From: a virus
Lineage: Duplodnaviria > Heunggongvirae > Uroviricota > Caudoviricetes
Length of the DNA stretch: 64,000 nucleotides
Direction: 5' to 3' (one strand)
Virus record (IMG/VR): IMGVR_UViG_3300043568_002650
Span: 64,512 to 128,511 of that record
How positions within the stretch are numbered: position 1 is the first letter of the stretch; each line of letters begins with the position of its first letter. The notes beneath the pieces are model-generated. The model saw only the letters and a list, made by a program, of their open reading frames with translations. It was not told the DNA's origin and did not search any database. A program made the position numbers and the translations under genes. Shown here piece by piece: positions 46,394-55,878 of this stretch.

Positions 46394-46787
46394 CTAATTC
46401 GCTTTTAAAGAGTGTTGTTAATTTATCTAACTTAGATGAAGTTCTACCAGAAAGCTGGCCAAACTTTATCTTATATGCATGGAACTCTCTTCCAGGAAGT
46501 TTCATTCGCATACGATCAAAGACTTCTTTGAATTCTAACATATTTGATTTTACCTGTTGCCAAAAGGTCCTTTCATTCATTGGGGAACTAAATTTCCAGA
46601 CAGCATCGAAATATATTCCGAGCTCAATACTGGTCCCATTATCAAGGTCGTCGATTGATACTTTTACTGCTTGACGTTCAGTGCGTCGATAATTTAAAAG
46701 TCTTTTAAAACAAAGTTGTCTGTTTTCAGTCAGTTCAATTGAATCTTCATAATAAGAATCAATTATTTTTTCCATTTCTTCAGTCAT
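46377..46787 (-). CDS. hypothetical protein
   Basis: 136-aa ORF. Confidence 0.4.
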   Translation of the reverse strand: MTEEMEKIIDSYYEDSIELTENRQLCFKRLLNYRRTERQAVKVSIDDLDNGTSIELGIYFDAVWKFSSPMNERTFWQQVKSNMLEFKEVFDRMRMKLPGREFHAYKIKFGQLSGRTSSKLDKLTTLFKSELDEHNV

Positions 46788-46797
46788 ATTCTAGATT

Positions 46798-47007
46798 TTA
46801 GTGATTACGTTTCCAATAAGTTTCCCCATCCACAAGAATCTCAATGACCAATGGATCACCTTTTAGTTGTGCACAGTATTTTGCAACAGATTTAATTTTA
46901 TCATATGTTAGTTTCTTGCCGTTACTCAGTATTGCAGTAACATCAGAACCTCCAGGAGAAAGGCTTAAATCATTTCGACGATATTCGTCCTTTACTTTAA
47001 TTGACAT
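46798..47007 (-). CDS. hypothetical small protein
   Basis: 69-aa ORF. Confidence 0.35.
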   Translation of the reverse strand: MSIKVKDEYRRNDLSLSPGGSDVTAILSNGKKLTYDKIKSVAKYCAQLKGDPLVIEILVDGETYWKRNH

Positions 47008-47056
47008 AGTATTGTATTTTTTTAAAAGTTATCAACTAAACTAAAGAATAGGTCAA

Positions 47057-47073
47057 GATAAATAACTAAAATA
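47057..47073 (+). promoter_or_regulatory. late-promoter-like GATAAATAACTAAAATA
   Basis: 11 nt before ATG 47084. Identical to the motifs at 3500 and 11997. Confidence 0.55.
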
Positions 47074-47083
47074 ATTATACACA

Positions 47084-47824
47084 ATGCCAGGTAGAGTTTT
47101 AAATTTTTTAGAATTTTCTGATAAATATTCTAATGGAAGTACTGAACCAGCTAGCGTAGACGATATTAAAAACGCTTCCGCTAATTTCGAAGAAGGCTTT
47201 GACCAAGAAACATACGATCAACCACAAATAGGACCAAATAGACCAGTTGCTGGCAACTATGAAGCTACTCCAGCTACACCTGGAGAAGAAGGATCTCCTG
47301 CATTTTCTGCCAACAATACAAAAGATATGAATGCTCCCCAAGAAGCTGAAGAATCTCCAGAGGAAGAAGAAGGAGAGGCTGACACAGAAGAGACAAAGGA
47401 AGATGATGAGGAAGAAGCAGAAGAGGGAAATCCTGAAGCTGGCGCAAACCCTAAAAAGAAAGTAGAAGAAGGTATAACATTAGTAAAAGGATTCACTCAA
47501 TTCGTGAATGAAGGTAAATTTAATTTATTTAAACGTAAATCAAAGGATCCTGAAGCTGCTGAAAATGAAAGAAAAAGAGTTGAATCATTTTGGAATGATC
47601 CCGATTATAATATCCCAGAAGAAACGTATGAAGAATGTACTGACTGTAATGGAAAAGGTTGTGTTGAATGTAATTACGAAGGCCATGTTCCATTAAAGGA
47701 TGATAATACTTATGGATATGCACCAATAGGTGACAAATATGCAAAAGATGATGACTCTTGTGAGACATGTGGAGAAGTTTCTATTTCAAATGAATATGGA
47801 TATTCTTGCGGATGCAATATGTAA
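47084..47824 (+). CDS. acidic disordered N-terminal region + internal GFTQFVNEG motif + C-terminal Cys-rich zinc-finger domain
   Basis: 246 aa. EESPEEEEGEADTEETKEDDEEEAEEG, then KGFTQFVNEGKFN, then CTDCNGKGCVECNYEGH...CETCGE...CGCNM. Confidence 0.5.
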   Translation: MPGRVLNFLEFSDKYSNGSTEPASVDDIKNASANFEEGFDQETYDQPQIGPNRPVAGNYEATPATPGEEGSPAFSANNTKDMNAPQEAEESPEEEEGEADTEETKEDDEEEAEEGNPEAGANPKKKVEEGITLVKGFTQFVNEGKFNLFKRKSKDPEAAENERKRVESFWNDPDYNIPEETYEECTDCNGKGCVECNYEGHVPLKDDNTYGYAPIGDKYAKDDDSCETCGEVSISNEYGYSCGCNM

Positions 47825-47845
47825 TAAAAATTTTAAGATTTAGGG

Positions 47846-48448
47846 ATGAATTCATTTACTTCAATAGCAATAGCTTTCATAACTGGTGTATTAGGACCAG
47901 TATTAATAATTATAATCAAAAACAGATTAGATAAGGCTAAACCTAAACCAGATATGGTAACTGACGCTCTTAGAATAGGCGAACTAGTAATGGCTAGACT
48001 AGATCATATTCGAGAAGAATTTAAAGCAGACCGAGTTTGGGTTACCCAGTTCCATAATGGTGGTCACTTCTATCCAACAGGTAAATCAATAGCTAAATTT
48101 AGTGTTATCTATGAAACTGTTTCACTAAACACCGCTTCAATACAAGGCAATCTTCAAAATATCCCAGTTAACCTATTTACTCGATCTATGAATCAGTTAT
48201 TAGAGGCTGATGTTATTGAAATTAGCGACTATCGAGATGATAAAATAGCAACGTATGGTTTAAAGTATGTTGCAGAAGAGTCTGGTTGCAAATCAGGATA
48301 CCTATTTGCAATAAAAACAATTGACGATAAATTTATAGGAGTTCTTGGACTAGATTATACTAAGAGAAAAACTAAACTCGATATTGAATCAATTAATCAT
48401 CTTGCAGTTCATGCGTCCTCTCTAGGCGGAGCAATAATGAGTCATTGA
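47846..48448 (+). CDS. membrane-anchored hypothetical protein
   Basis: 200 aa with an N-terminal TM helix IAIAFITGVLGPVLIIII. Confidence 0.45.
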   Translation: MNSFTSIAIAFITGVLGPVLIIIIKNRLDKAKPKPDMVTDALRIGELVMARLDHIREEFKADRVWVTQFHNGGHFYPTGKSIAKFSVIYETVSLNTASIQGNLQNIPVNLFTRSMNQLLEADVIEISDYRDDKIATYGLKYVAEESGCKSGYLFAIKTIDDKFIGVLGLDYTKRKTKLDIESINHLAVHASSLGGAIMSH

Positions 48449-48449
48449 T

Positions 48450-48914
48450 ATGATAAGACTAGTTGAAAATTTTAAAGAGTTCCTAGATCTTGCAAGTATT
48501 AATCAAGGACCAAATGGATGGACTATGTATGGGTCAAACCCTAGAGCTTTATCACACGCTGAAAAAGTATCATTTCCTGATCTTGGAATAAAATCAATTA
48601 GGACAAAGGTTGATACTGGTGCAGATGGTACTTCAATTCATGCAAATAATATAAAAGTAAAAGCAGGAGTTCTCTCTTTTTGGGTAACGTCACCAGATAA
48701 AATTTTAGAATTTAAGAATTTTAAAAAGATAAAAGTAAAAAACTCATCAGGCTCAGAACAAACCCGATATCAAATCACGACCACAATTAAATTAGATGAC
48801 TCTGAATTTAAAATTAAAGTTTCATTAACTGATAGAGAAAACATGAAATATCCATGTATCTTAGGTAAAAACTTTATTAAGTCTGGAAAATTTACAGTTG
48901 ACTTAAATCAATAA
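48450..48914 (+). CDS. retropepsin-like aspartic protease fold protein
   Basis: TKVDTGADGTSIHA contains the D-T-G-A aspartyl protease signature. 154 aa is the size of retropepsin-like bacterial domains. Confidence 0.45.
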   Translation: MIRLVENFKEFLDLASINQGPNGWTMYGSNPRALSHAEKVSFPDLGIKSIRTKVDTGADGTSIHANNIKVKAGVLSFWVTSPDKILEFKNFKKIKVKNSSGSEQTRYQITTTIKLDDSEFKIKVSLTDRENMKYPCILGKNFIKSGKFTVDLNQ

Positions 48915-49162
48915 TCGTCGTCGTCCTCTAAATCATTATCACCAGTAAAAGATAAATTAGGATTAATTGAATCATATTCCCAATTAAGTAGAACATCATC
49001 TAAATCCTCATCTACCATTATTAACATTTGAAAATATGATGATTTATCTGAGCCTTTATCAAAAACAATATTTTCTCGGATCACATCAATTTTCTTAAGT
49101 ATGTTAGCACGAAGAGCAGTATTCAATGCGGCTTGTCGTGCAGATATATCTTTTTCCTTCAT
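48908..49162 (-). CDS. hypothetical acidic small protein
   Basis: 84-aa ORF. Lone minus-strand gene in a + block. Confidence 0.35.
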   Translation of the reverse strand: MKEKDISARQAALNTALRANILKKIDVIRENIVFDKGSDKSSYFQMLIMVDEDLDDVLLNWEYDSINPNLSFTGDNDLEDDDDY

Positions 49163-49230
49163 GATTTATTATATCTTAAAACGACGATTAGGTTTCCAAA
49201 TAAATAACACTATAAAATAAACTTTAAATT

Positions 49231-49674
49231 ATGCGTATTAAGAGACTTTATGAGGCAGATGATGTTCAACAGCTACCAATGAATGGCCAGATGCCACTTC
49301 CTCAAGAGATGCCACAAATGGCTCCACCCACACCAGTTCAATCTCCAGCTGAGATGATGCCGGATTTTGATTTTCAAAATGAACCAGAACAGGAACAACT
49401 TGCGTTACCTCAACCTGATGTAATGACCCTAACTGTGCAAGAACTACTTGATCGTTGTGATGCAATTAATCCTCTTATTTGCATGGGACTAAGACAATTT
49501 ATTGAGTCAAATAATGCAGAGTTACTTAACCAAACTACTGGCGAAGCTCCTGAAGAGACTGAAGATATTACAATAGATGATACTGACGTTAATTTCTCAA
49601 AACAAATGGAACCGCAAGCTCCTGAATTTTCACTAGATCAACCAGCTGAACAATTAGACTTTCCACAAGCATAA
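49231..49674 (+). CDS. Pro/Gln/Glu-rich hypothetical protein (N-terminus MRIKRLYEAD)
   Basis: 147 aa. Late-like motif AAATAAATAACACTATAAAATAAAC upstream. Confidence 0.45.
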   Translation: MRIKRLYEADDVQQLPMNGQMPLPQEMPQMAPPTPVQSPAEMMPDFDFQNEPEQEQLALPQPDVMTLTVQELLDRCDAINPLICMGLRQFIESNNAELLNQTTGEAPEETEDITIDDTDVNFSKQMEPQAPEFSLDQPAEQLDFPQA

Positions 49675-49675
49675 G

Positions 49676-49951
49676 ATGAGACTAAAGAGACTAGTTGAAG
49701 GCTTTGGTGCTATTATGATGGAGCCAGATCCTGCTGAACGAATCATGCAGCCCGATACTAAGCGTGCAAATGCAATGATGTTCTATTCGGGATCATCTGG
49801 GACCACTCCAACTCATTGGAATAATTCTCCGTTTCTGGCGGGAAGAAGTGCGAGTAGCGCATTTGGATCTAATCCTAGACTGGAGAAAAAAGTTAAGGTC
49901 TTATCGTATCAAGAGTTTGTCGAGACATCTAATAAGTTTACAAATAAATAA
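49676..49951 (+). CDS. hypothetical protein (N-terminus MRLKRLVEGF, paralogous start to 49231)
   Basis: 91-aa ORF. Confidence 0.4.
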   Translation: MRLKRLVEGFGAIMMEPDPAERIMQPDTKRANAMMFYSGSSGTTPTHWNNSPFLAGRSASSAFGSNPRLEKKVKVLSYQEFVETSNKFTNK

Positions 49952-49959
49952 TAAAAAAG
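49942..49959 (+). promoter_or_regulatory. late-promoter-like AAATAAATAATAAAAAAG
   Basis: 10 nt before ATG 49969. Confidence 0.45.
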
Positions 49960-49968
49960 CAGATTAAA

Positions 49969-50289
49969 ATGGCTTACGTAAAAAGTTTTAAAGGCTTTCA
50001 AAGTGCTGAAAAAAAGGCGGCTGATGAAGTAACTAGTGGTGCAAATCCTCAAATGATTAAAGAAGAAGGTCCACCAGTAGATACTCAGCTTATACCACAG
50101 TATACTGCATTACAAAAAGAAAAAACCGCTGCGATTCAATTAGCAACTGAAAAAGCAGCTCAAGATAAAAGGGTACTTGAATTACAAGCAACATATGATG
50201 CAGCGGTTCTTAAATCTAATGCTGCACAAAAGAATGCTGAGGCAAACAAGCCAGCTCCGACACCACCGCCGGTTGCACCTACGACATAA
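49969..50289 (+). CDS. coiled-coil hypothetical protein
   Basis: 106 aa. Ala/Lys/Glu-rich with a Pro-rich tail. Confidence 0.4.
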   Translation: MAYVKSFKGFQSAEKKAADEVTSGANPQMIKEEGPPVDTQLIPQYTALQKEKTAAIQLATEKAAQDKRVLELQATYDAAVLKSNAAQKNAEANKPAPTPPPVAPTT

Positions 50290-50732
50290 TGAAAAGAAAC
50301 ATAAAAACATATCATCAATTTATCAATGAATCTACTAAGGAAGTGGTGTACCCAACTAATTTTAAAGGCATGGTGCAAAGTGCATTGGGTGGACTTTATA
50401 CTTCGATTATGTCAATAGCTAGGGAGTTGGCTAATGAAAAAACTGCACGAAACCCAAGTCGATATGATGGAAATATCCAAGAGGTCGATATTACTAGAGC
50501 AATGAACATGATTTTTCATAGCGATTGGAAAAAGATGATTAAGTCTCAAGCTCTAGGCCAAGTAATGAAACATTCAATGGAACGAGCTGGTAAACAGGAT
50601 GATGTAATTGCTAGTAAAAACCAACGAGCTCTAGGTAGATCAATGGGAGATAGAGAGTTTAATGTAGATATTGATAAATCTAGCGTTAGATTTAGTGATG
50701 AAAGAGGCGGAGGAACTGGATCAAATCAATAA
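50289..50732 (+). CDS. hypothetical protein with N-terminus MKRNIKTYHQFINE (closest match to T4 CTS MKTYQEFIAE)
   Basis: 147-aa ORF. Confidence 0.5.
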   Translation: MKRNIKTYHQFINESTKEVVYPTNFKGMVQSALGGLYTSIMSIARELANEKTARNPSRYDGNIQEVDITRAMNMIFHSDWKKMIKSQALGQVMKHSMERAGKQDDVIASKNQRALGRSMGDREFNVDIDKSSVRFSDERGGGTGSNQ

Positions 50733-50738
50733 AAGAAG

Positions 50739-51473
50739 ATGACAGAACAGGAATTAATTACGGACATAAATGATGAGATTACCTTCTCAGGTGCTCTACC
50801 ATACGGTCTTCCTGAAAAGGAGGTAAAACGTATTATTGAGAATGATTCTAGATATTTTTGGGATAACTGGAGACATGCAGTAGAGAGCAGATACCTGCTT
50901 CTTCCATTAGAGTTATTTCAAAATGAAACATTTAAAAGTCTTAGACAAATTCAATTGCCTGAATGCGTTCAATTTGTAGTAGATTTTAAAGAGGCAAAGG
51001 GAGGATCTATCTTTGGAACAATTGATAGAGATTTTGCTGAACAAAAATTTATTGGTGCTGAGATATTCTTAACTCCTTTTATTGGAGAGAGTATTATGTA
51101 TAGAACAGTAATGTTTTCATTTTTAGACCTAACAAAAGCAATGATGATTGATACTATTGCATATGACTATAATAAAAACAGTAAATTACTTGGAGTAATT
51201 GGAAGAACTCCTAAAACACCAGCAGTACTTCGAGTATTTAAAAAACTTGATCAAGATAAATTATTTGAGGACGAGATGTTTCAAAGATACGTTCGTTCCC
51301 ATGCAAAGGTGAGATTAGCTCACATGCTCCAAACATTTAACTATACTCTTCCTGGAGGAGTTACAGTAAACTATCAAAATATTGTGACTACTGCTGAAAA
51401 GGAAATGGAAGACGTTAAAGCAATGATGAAGGGAGAAAATACTCCAGATTGGATGTACTTAACTAGACAATAA
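50739..51473 (+). CDS. putative baseplate/structural protein (upstream of the gp25-like gene)
   Basis: 244-aa ORF in a late-gene block. Call is from position only. Confidence 0.35.
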   Translation: MTEQELITDINDEITFSGALPYGLPEKEVKRIIENDSRYFWDNWRHAVESRYLLLPLELFQNETFKSLRQIQLPECVQFVVDFKEAKGGSIFGTIDRDFAEQKFIGAEIFLTPFIGESIMYRTVMFSFLDLTKAMMIDTIAYDYNKNSKLLGVIGRTPKTPAVLRVFKKLDQDKLFEDEMFQRYVRSHAKVRLAHMLQTFNYTLPGGVTVNYQNIVTTAEKEMEDVKAMMKGENTPDWMYLTRQ

Positions 51474-51475
51474 TT

Positions 51476-51853
51476 ATGGCAAGTCTTAGAGATTTTTATA
51501 CACGAACAGACGAGGATCCTAAATACTTAGGAGACCGCCTAGAGATTAGTGATGAATTGGAATCAGCAATTCAACAGGTAAAGATGACTCTTTTTACCAG
51601 AAAAGGAGAAGTATTAGGGGAACCTGACTTTGGAATAGAATTAGATAGTTATCTATTTGAATATTCAATTGATCCAAGTAGACTAGGTAAAGATGCGACG
51701 GGTCAAATTAATAAATACGTCGCTGAAGCACGAAAAAGACAGATCACAGTATCTCCTTCACTATATCCAGATGATAAAGCTAACCGTGACATTTTCGTAC
51801 TTCTTATTGACATACCGGAAACGAAGAATTCGTTTGCCCTGTTCTACGATTAA
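51476..51853 (+). CDS. g25: baseplate wedge protein, gp25/GPW family
   Basis: TLFTRKGEVLGEPDFGIELDSYLFE matches gp25/gpW TRKGSRPFDPEFGCDLSDQLFE. 125 aa. Confidence 0.75.
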   Translation: MASLRDFYTRTDEDPKYLGDRLEISDELESAIQQVKMTLFTRKGEVLGEPDFGIELDSYLFEYSIDPSRLGKDATGQINKYVAEARKRQITVSPSLYPDDKANRDIFVLLIDIPETKNSFALFYD

Positions 51854-52233
51854 TCTTCAGATGCTAAATTAATTACTAGCAAGATTGCTCTTATATTTCT
51901 TTGTTCGTTTGAGTGTTGCTCAATTGAAATTCTAATAAGATCCAGTTTGTGAGATTGTCGAGCCTTCTCAGCATATAACGTAGATAGATCAGAATCCTCT
52001 TTTGAATCTGTTAAAAATGCAATTTTTCTCGCTTCATCATTAGAATAGAGCTTCTTACCATTTTCATCAAGTGCAGCATTGATTTCTGTCTTGATTTGAG
52101 ATTCTGTCTGAACGATCTCATCTGAGATAAGTTGGACTGTATCATTTAATGCTAACACATTAACTTGAAGATCTGAAATTTCAGTAGGAAGGATCATAAG
52201 CCTATCGATTAGACTATTTAATTTTTCTTTCAT
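51850..52233 (-). CDS. coiled-coil protein downstream of portal (prohead core/scaffold candidate)
   Basis: 127 aa. Position analogous to T4 gp67/68 after gene 20. Confidence 0.35.
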   Translation of the reverse strand: MKEKLNSLIDRLMILPTEISDLQVNVLALNDTVQLISDEIVQTESQIKTEINAALDENGKKLYSNDEARKIAFLTDSKEDSDLSTLYAEKARQSHKLDLIRISIEQHSNEQRNIRAILLVINLASED

Positions 52234-52275
52234 GGGTATAATTTTTTAATTATTATACTTAAGTTAGTCGCTAAA

Positions 52276-53994
52276 TTAAAGTTGCCCTTCTGCGCCAGTT
52301 TCTCCGCCTTCTTTTACTTCTCCACCGCCTTCTGCTGGTGCTTCTCCTCCTGGAGCTGGTGCGGCTCCTCCACCTGGTGCTCCTCCAGCTGGCATTGCTC
52401 CTCCAGCAGGTGGAGCGGCTTCGGCTTCTTCAGTATCTGCTTGTTGATCAAACCATGATTGATTAGACTTAATATCAGACTCATTCATTTTAAGTTCTTC
52501 TCTAATTAAGTACTCAGTAGCGAAGTATGGAGTACCATCATCTTTCATTACTCCTTTCTTAGCTTGGAATGCAGCTATTCTCTTAGCTTCGATCTCATTC
52601 TTCTTCATCTCTTCAAATACGTTATCGTTATTGTATTTAAGTCCAATCGCATTATTAAATTTATAATCGTCTGCAATATCAGGAAAATCTAGACACATTT
52701 GTAGATACCATGGTTTTACCATCATTTCTGAAAAGGCTGATCTTAATCTATTAACAAATTTCTGATACCGTACCTCTTCACGAGTAATACCTTCAGCATT
52801 AAGAGTAAATGCACCCATTCCAGATTGACCTTCCCATCTTGAATAAGGAATCTTTGAATCCATTTTTAATTTCTTATAGAAATAGTTTAATAATTCTGAA
52901 CCAGATAAGTTTGGACCAGGGGTCTGCAAGGTCTCAATTTTTACTGATTGATTTTGATCATTGACTGGTAGAATATAGTTTTTATAGAATAGGATATTTG
53001 GTTTACCATCAACTTGAAGTTCTCCAGAATCACCATTAAAGTTAATATCCTCCTTAAACATGTTTAGGAATTCACGAACGTCCTCTTGGCCTTTTTGAAA
53101 ACTCTTACTCCCGATTGGAACAGTAGTTGTTAAACGAATCGGCGCATTCATTACGTGCCATATAACTTTACTGTGTTCAATAATTCTCAATAGGTTAAAT
53201 GATCTAATTAGACGTTCAACGAAACTTACTCTCTTTGTTCTAAAGTGATTAGCGTATGAAATATAGATGATTTGTGAGTCATTAAGAACTCGAGTCGAAC
53301 CTGTTTGCTGATCATATTGTAACCACTGCATAAAGATCTTGCCTTTAGCATCCTTCTGTAATTGTGGCGCAATACTGGCGGGATCAAGTTCCTTAAATCC
53401 AATTATCTCTTTAGGCTTTTCCAAGTTATCATAGATGATCTCAAAAGAGAGATGGCCTTCAACTAAGAATTGAAACGCATACTGCCAAGCTGAAATACCT
53501 TCAGCAAATCCCCAAGCAGTATACATTCTTTCAAAGTTATCATTATATTTTCTAAGAACCTTCTCTTGAAAATTTAAACGTTCTTCTTTTGTATCTCCAT
53601 GGTAAAGCATTTTACCAGTAAGATCCTTAGGATAGATAAAGCGTTGTTCTTCATCATACACAATCATGTCATCCACGATAGTCTCAAGAATAAACTCGAT
53701 TTCACCATTTGCTGCAACATCTCTTAGTCGCTCTCTTTTTACTACATAATCTAATTGAAAGAATGCAATTGCCTTTGTTCTTAGCTGAGAAGTAGTATCA
53801 GATATTGCCATTGAGAACTTAAGAAGGTCGTCATTTGCATTTAATCTAGAAGTACGAGACTGTAATTGACCTTCAATGAAACCAATTGCTTGTGAATTTT
53901 TAAGTAAAAGATCTTCATGTCTAGTACCAAACTTACTTAAGTTCGATAGAGCACTACTTACTTTTCTTCCTGATGTATCTAAGAATCCACTCAT
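52276..53994 (-). CDS. g20: portal vertex protein (gp20-like)
   Basis: 572 aa. Central region pattern (...WHVMNAPIRL...YILPVNDQ...KIPYSRW) parallels T4 gp20. Acidic Gly/Ala/Pro-rich C-terminus. Confidence 0.6.
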   Translation of the reverse strand: MSGFLDTSGRKVSSALSNLSKFGTRHEDLLLKNSQAIGFIEGQLQSRTSRLNANDDLLKFSMAISDTTSQLRTKAIAFFQLDYVVKRERLRDVAANGEIEFILETIVDDMIVYDEEQRFIYPKDLTGKMLYHGDTKEERLNFQEKVLRKYNDNFERMYTAWGFAEGISAWQYAFQFLVEGHLSFEIIYDNLEKPKEIIGFKELDPASIAPQLQKDAKGKIFMQWLQYDQQTGSTRVLNDSQIIYISYANHFRTKRVSFVERLIRSFNLLRIIEHSKVIWHVMNAPIRLTTTVPIGSKSFQKGQEDVREFLNMFKEDINFNGDSGELQVDGKPNILFYKNYILPVNDQNQSVKIETLQTPGPNLSGSELLNYFYKKLKMDSKIPYSRWEGQSGMGAFTLNAEGITREEVRYQKFVNRLRSAFSEMMVKPWYLQMCLDFPDIADDYKFNNAIGLKYNNDNVFEEMKKNEIEAKRIAAFQAKKGVMKDDGTPYFATEYLIREELKMNESDIKSNQSWFDQQADTEEAEAAPPAGGAMPAGGAPGGGAAPAPGGEAPAEGGGEVKEGGETGAEGQL

Positions 53995-54731
53995 ATATTA
54001 TTATTATTATTTTTTTTCCATAAATACCCACCAGCATGGTCTAGAGTTCCAGCAACACAGCCTTGAATACTAGACTTTGGTATTCCAGTAAGTCGAACGG
54101 CTTCACTAATAGATGTAAATGTATTAATATACACTGTGTCTTTCGATAACTGAACGACACTTATTTTATTTTTAATATTATTTGTTTTTCTAGAAGAGTA
54201 ATTTGAATTTTTATGGATTTTCATATTTTCATATTTCCATATAAATCCGCCAGCTTCATTTCTAGATCCACGACAACAACTAGAAATATGATAAATATTT
54301 AAAGAACGTTGAGCAAATGCTGCAGATTTCCACCAACCTACTAATTCTCCAGATTTTGAATATTGTAAAACTGGTTTTTCTCTAGATGGATATTCTTTAA
54401 GTTTTAGAATATATGCTTCCCTAGATTCAGAATATGCAATTGAAGATATTTTAATTAAATTATGATTAATGTTTCGTAAATTACACATTCGATAAAATGC
54501 ATGAAGCATTGAAATGCGTGAATTAAAATCTATTGAGTTTTCATATATTCTCCATAACAACCAATGTGCAATGAAGTGTTCTCGTGCAGTTAAATAGACA
54601 ATATTTTCAGGATCATCATTTCCTCCAAGTGATCTAGGTATAATATGATGTTTTTCATAATATTGATCATGAGAAGTCGGTCGATTTTTTCGAGTAACTA
54701 TTAATGAATTATAATGTCTTTGATAATCCAT
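53991..54731 (-). CDS. HNH homing endonuclease with two C-terminal AGG[FY]xWK DNA-binding repeats
   Basis: EKHHIIPRSLGGNDDPENIVYLTAREHFIAHW is a canonical HNH motif. AGGFIWKYEN and AGGYLWKKNN repeats. Confidence 0.7.
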   Translation of the reverse strand: MDYQRHYNSLIVTRKNRPTSHDQYYEKHHIIPRSLGGNDDPENIVYLTAREHFIAHWLLWRIYENSIDFNSRISMLHAFYRMCNLRNINHNLIKISSIAYSESREAYILKLKEYPSREKPVLQYSKSGELVGWWKSAAFAQRSLNIYHISSCCRGSRNEAGGFIWKYENMKIHKNSNYSSRKTNNIKNKISVVQLSKDTVYINTFTSISEAVRLTGIPKSSIQGCVAGTLDHAGGYLWKKNNNNNI

Positions 54732-54732
54732 A

Positions 54733-55353
54733 TTATACTAATGTATTTGTTAAAAAGTCTTCGTAGACCTTTGCCAGATTTATTGGATCTGGATAGAGAC
54801 CATCTACTGTAAGTGTAGGGTTGACTAGCATACCGAAGTTATCCCAGTCAATTAACCTAGCTTCTAGTACCTGGTCCATGTTATATTTATTTATTGCGTA
54901 ATTTAAGTTCTTTACTCCAAGTATAGTGCTGAATGCCGTTGGCGTAATTAAGTAGAATCGCTGATCTATTAATCTGCGCTCTTCAATGGAGCGAAGTTTA
55001 CCATCTTTATCAAAAAGAGTATTTAATCCATTAAGTTGAGAAAACCTCCAATATGCTTCAAGTATCTTTGCGCTTGCCCGAGGAGGCATAACTTTTAGAT
55101 TTAAGATAAGAGCAGTCTCTTTCCAATTATCATGGAAAAGAAGAAGACCTACTGGGTTTAAATCTAAGTAATTTCGACCAGATATTTCGTGAACGATCTC
55201 TTCAGTCAGTGCCGGAACTTCTGTTCTAGTCTTAAGAGCATAGAATCTTCCTGGGATAACTTCGTTTCGAGTTTGAAGTATACCAAAATTTTTCGCTACC
55301 ACATTTAGGGGTAAGGAACCGTTATTTTTTGTTATGTCGTTAAACTCTTTCAC
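54733..55353 (-). CDS. hypothetical protein (possible tail component)
   Basis: 206-aa ORF between the HNH gene and a late-type promoter block. Confidence 0.4.
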   Translation of the reverse strand: MKEFNDITKNNGSLPLNVVAKNFGILQTRNEVIPGRFYALKTRTEVPALTEEIVHEISGRNYLDLNPVGLLLFHDNWKETALILNLKVMPPRASAKILEAYWRFSQLNGLNTLFDKDGKLRSIEERRLIDQRFYLITPTAFSTILGVKNLNYAINKYNMDQVLEARLIDWDNFGMLVNPTLTVDGLYPDPINLAKVYEDFLTNTLV

Positions 55354-55361
55354 CTAATATT

Positions 55362-55862
55362 TTACACCTTATTGAACAGAAAGTTTTCTGTTATTATGCC
55401 AAATCGCATATTATTATTTTTTGCATATACTTTGGCTGCCTTAAATTTTGCATCATTAATAATATATGCCTTAGCGTGACGAGCATAATTAAGAGTAGCC
55501 TTCTCAGTAAGTCGATTTGGTGGTTCGGGCGGACTAAGATACTTTTGAGGTTTTACTTCAATTAGCCATTTAGTGATCTCACCTTCAGGTGATTTAGTGG
55601 CCATATAACAGTCGACCCAATAAGTAGATTCCTTTTTAAGGATAGGGTTCCAGTATTTTATTGGCATGGGTTCTGAAGCGTATTCAACAACTGCATCTGT
55701 GTTATCGCAATAGGTTAAAAATTTAAGTTCCCAACTTGATCGATAAATTATCTTAGTTATGTCGCCAGAATATTTTTCAGGATACATTGGAGTAAAGTAT
55801 CCCTGTTTGACTCTACCGTGTTGCGGCTTTAGAAAATCATGTATGTTTCTTTCTGCTTTCAT
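55362..55862 (-). CDS. hypothetical protein
   Basis: 166 aa. AATAAATAATTAAT late-like motif upstream on the minus strand. Confidence 0.4.
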   Translation of the reverse strand: MKAERNIHDFLKPQHGRVKQGYFTPMYPEKYSGDITKIIYRSSWELKFLTYCDNTDAVVEYASEPMPIKYWNPILKKESTYWVDCYMATKSPEGEITKWLIEVKPQKYLSPPEPPNRLTEKATLNYARHAKAYIINDAKFKAAKVYAKNNNMRFGIITENFLFNKV

Positions 55863-55878
55863 ATTAATTATTTATTCC

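Noticed and set aside
55362-55862. Tail tube protein gp19 assignment, from size (166 aa) and position near portal
   Set aside because: No sequence resemblance to T4 gp19 could be seen, so it is left as hypothetical.
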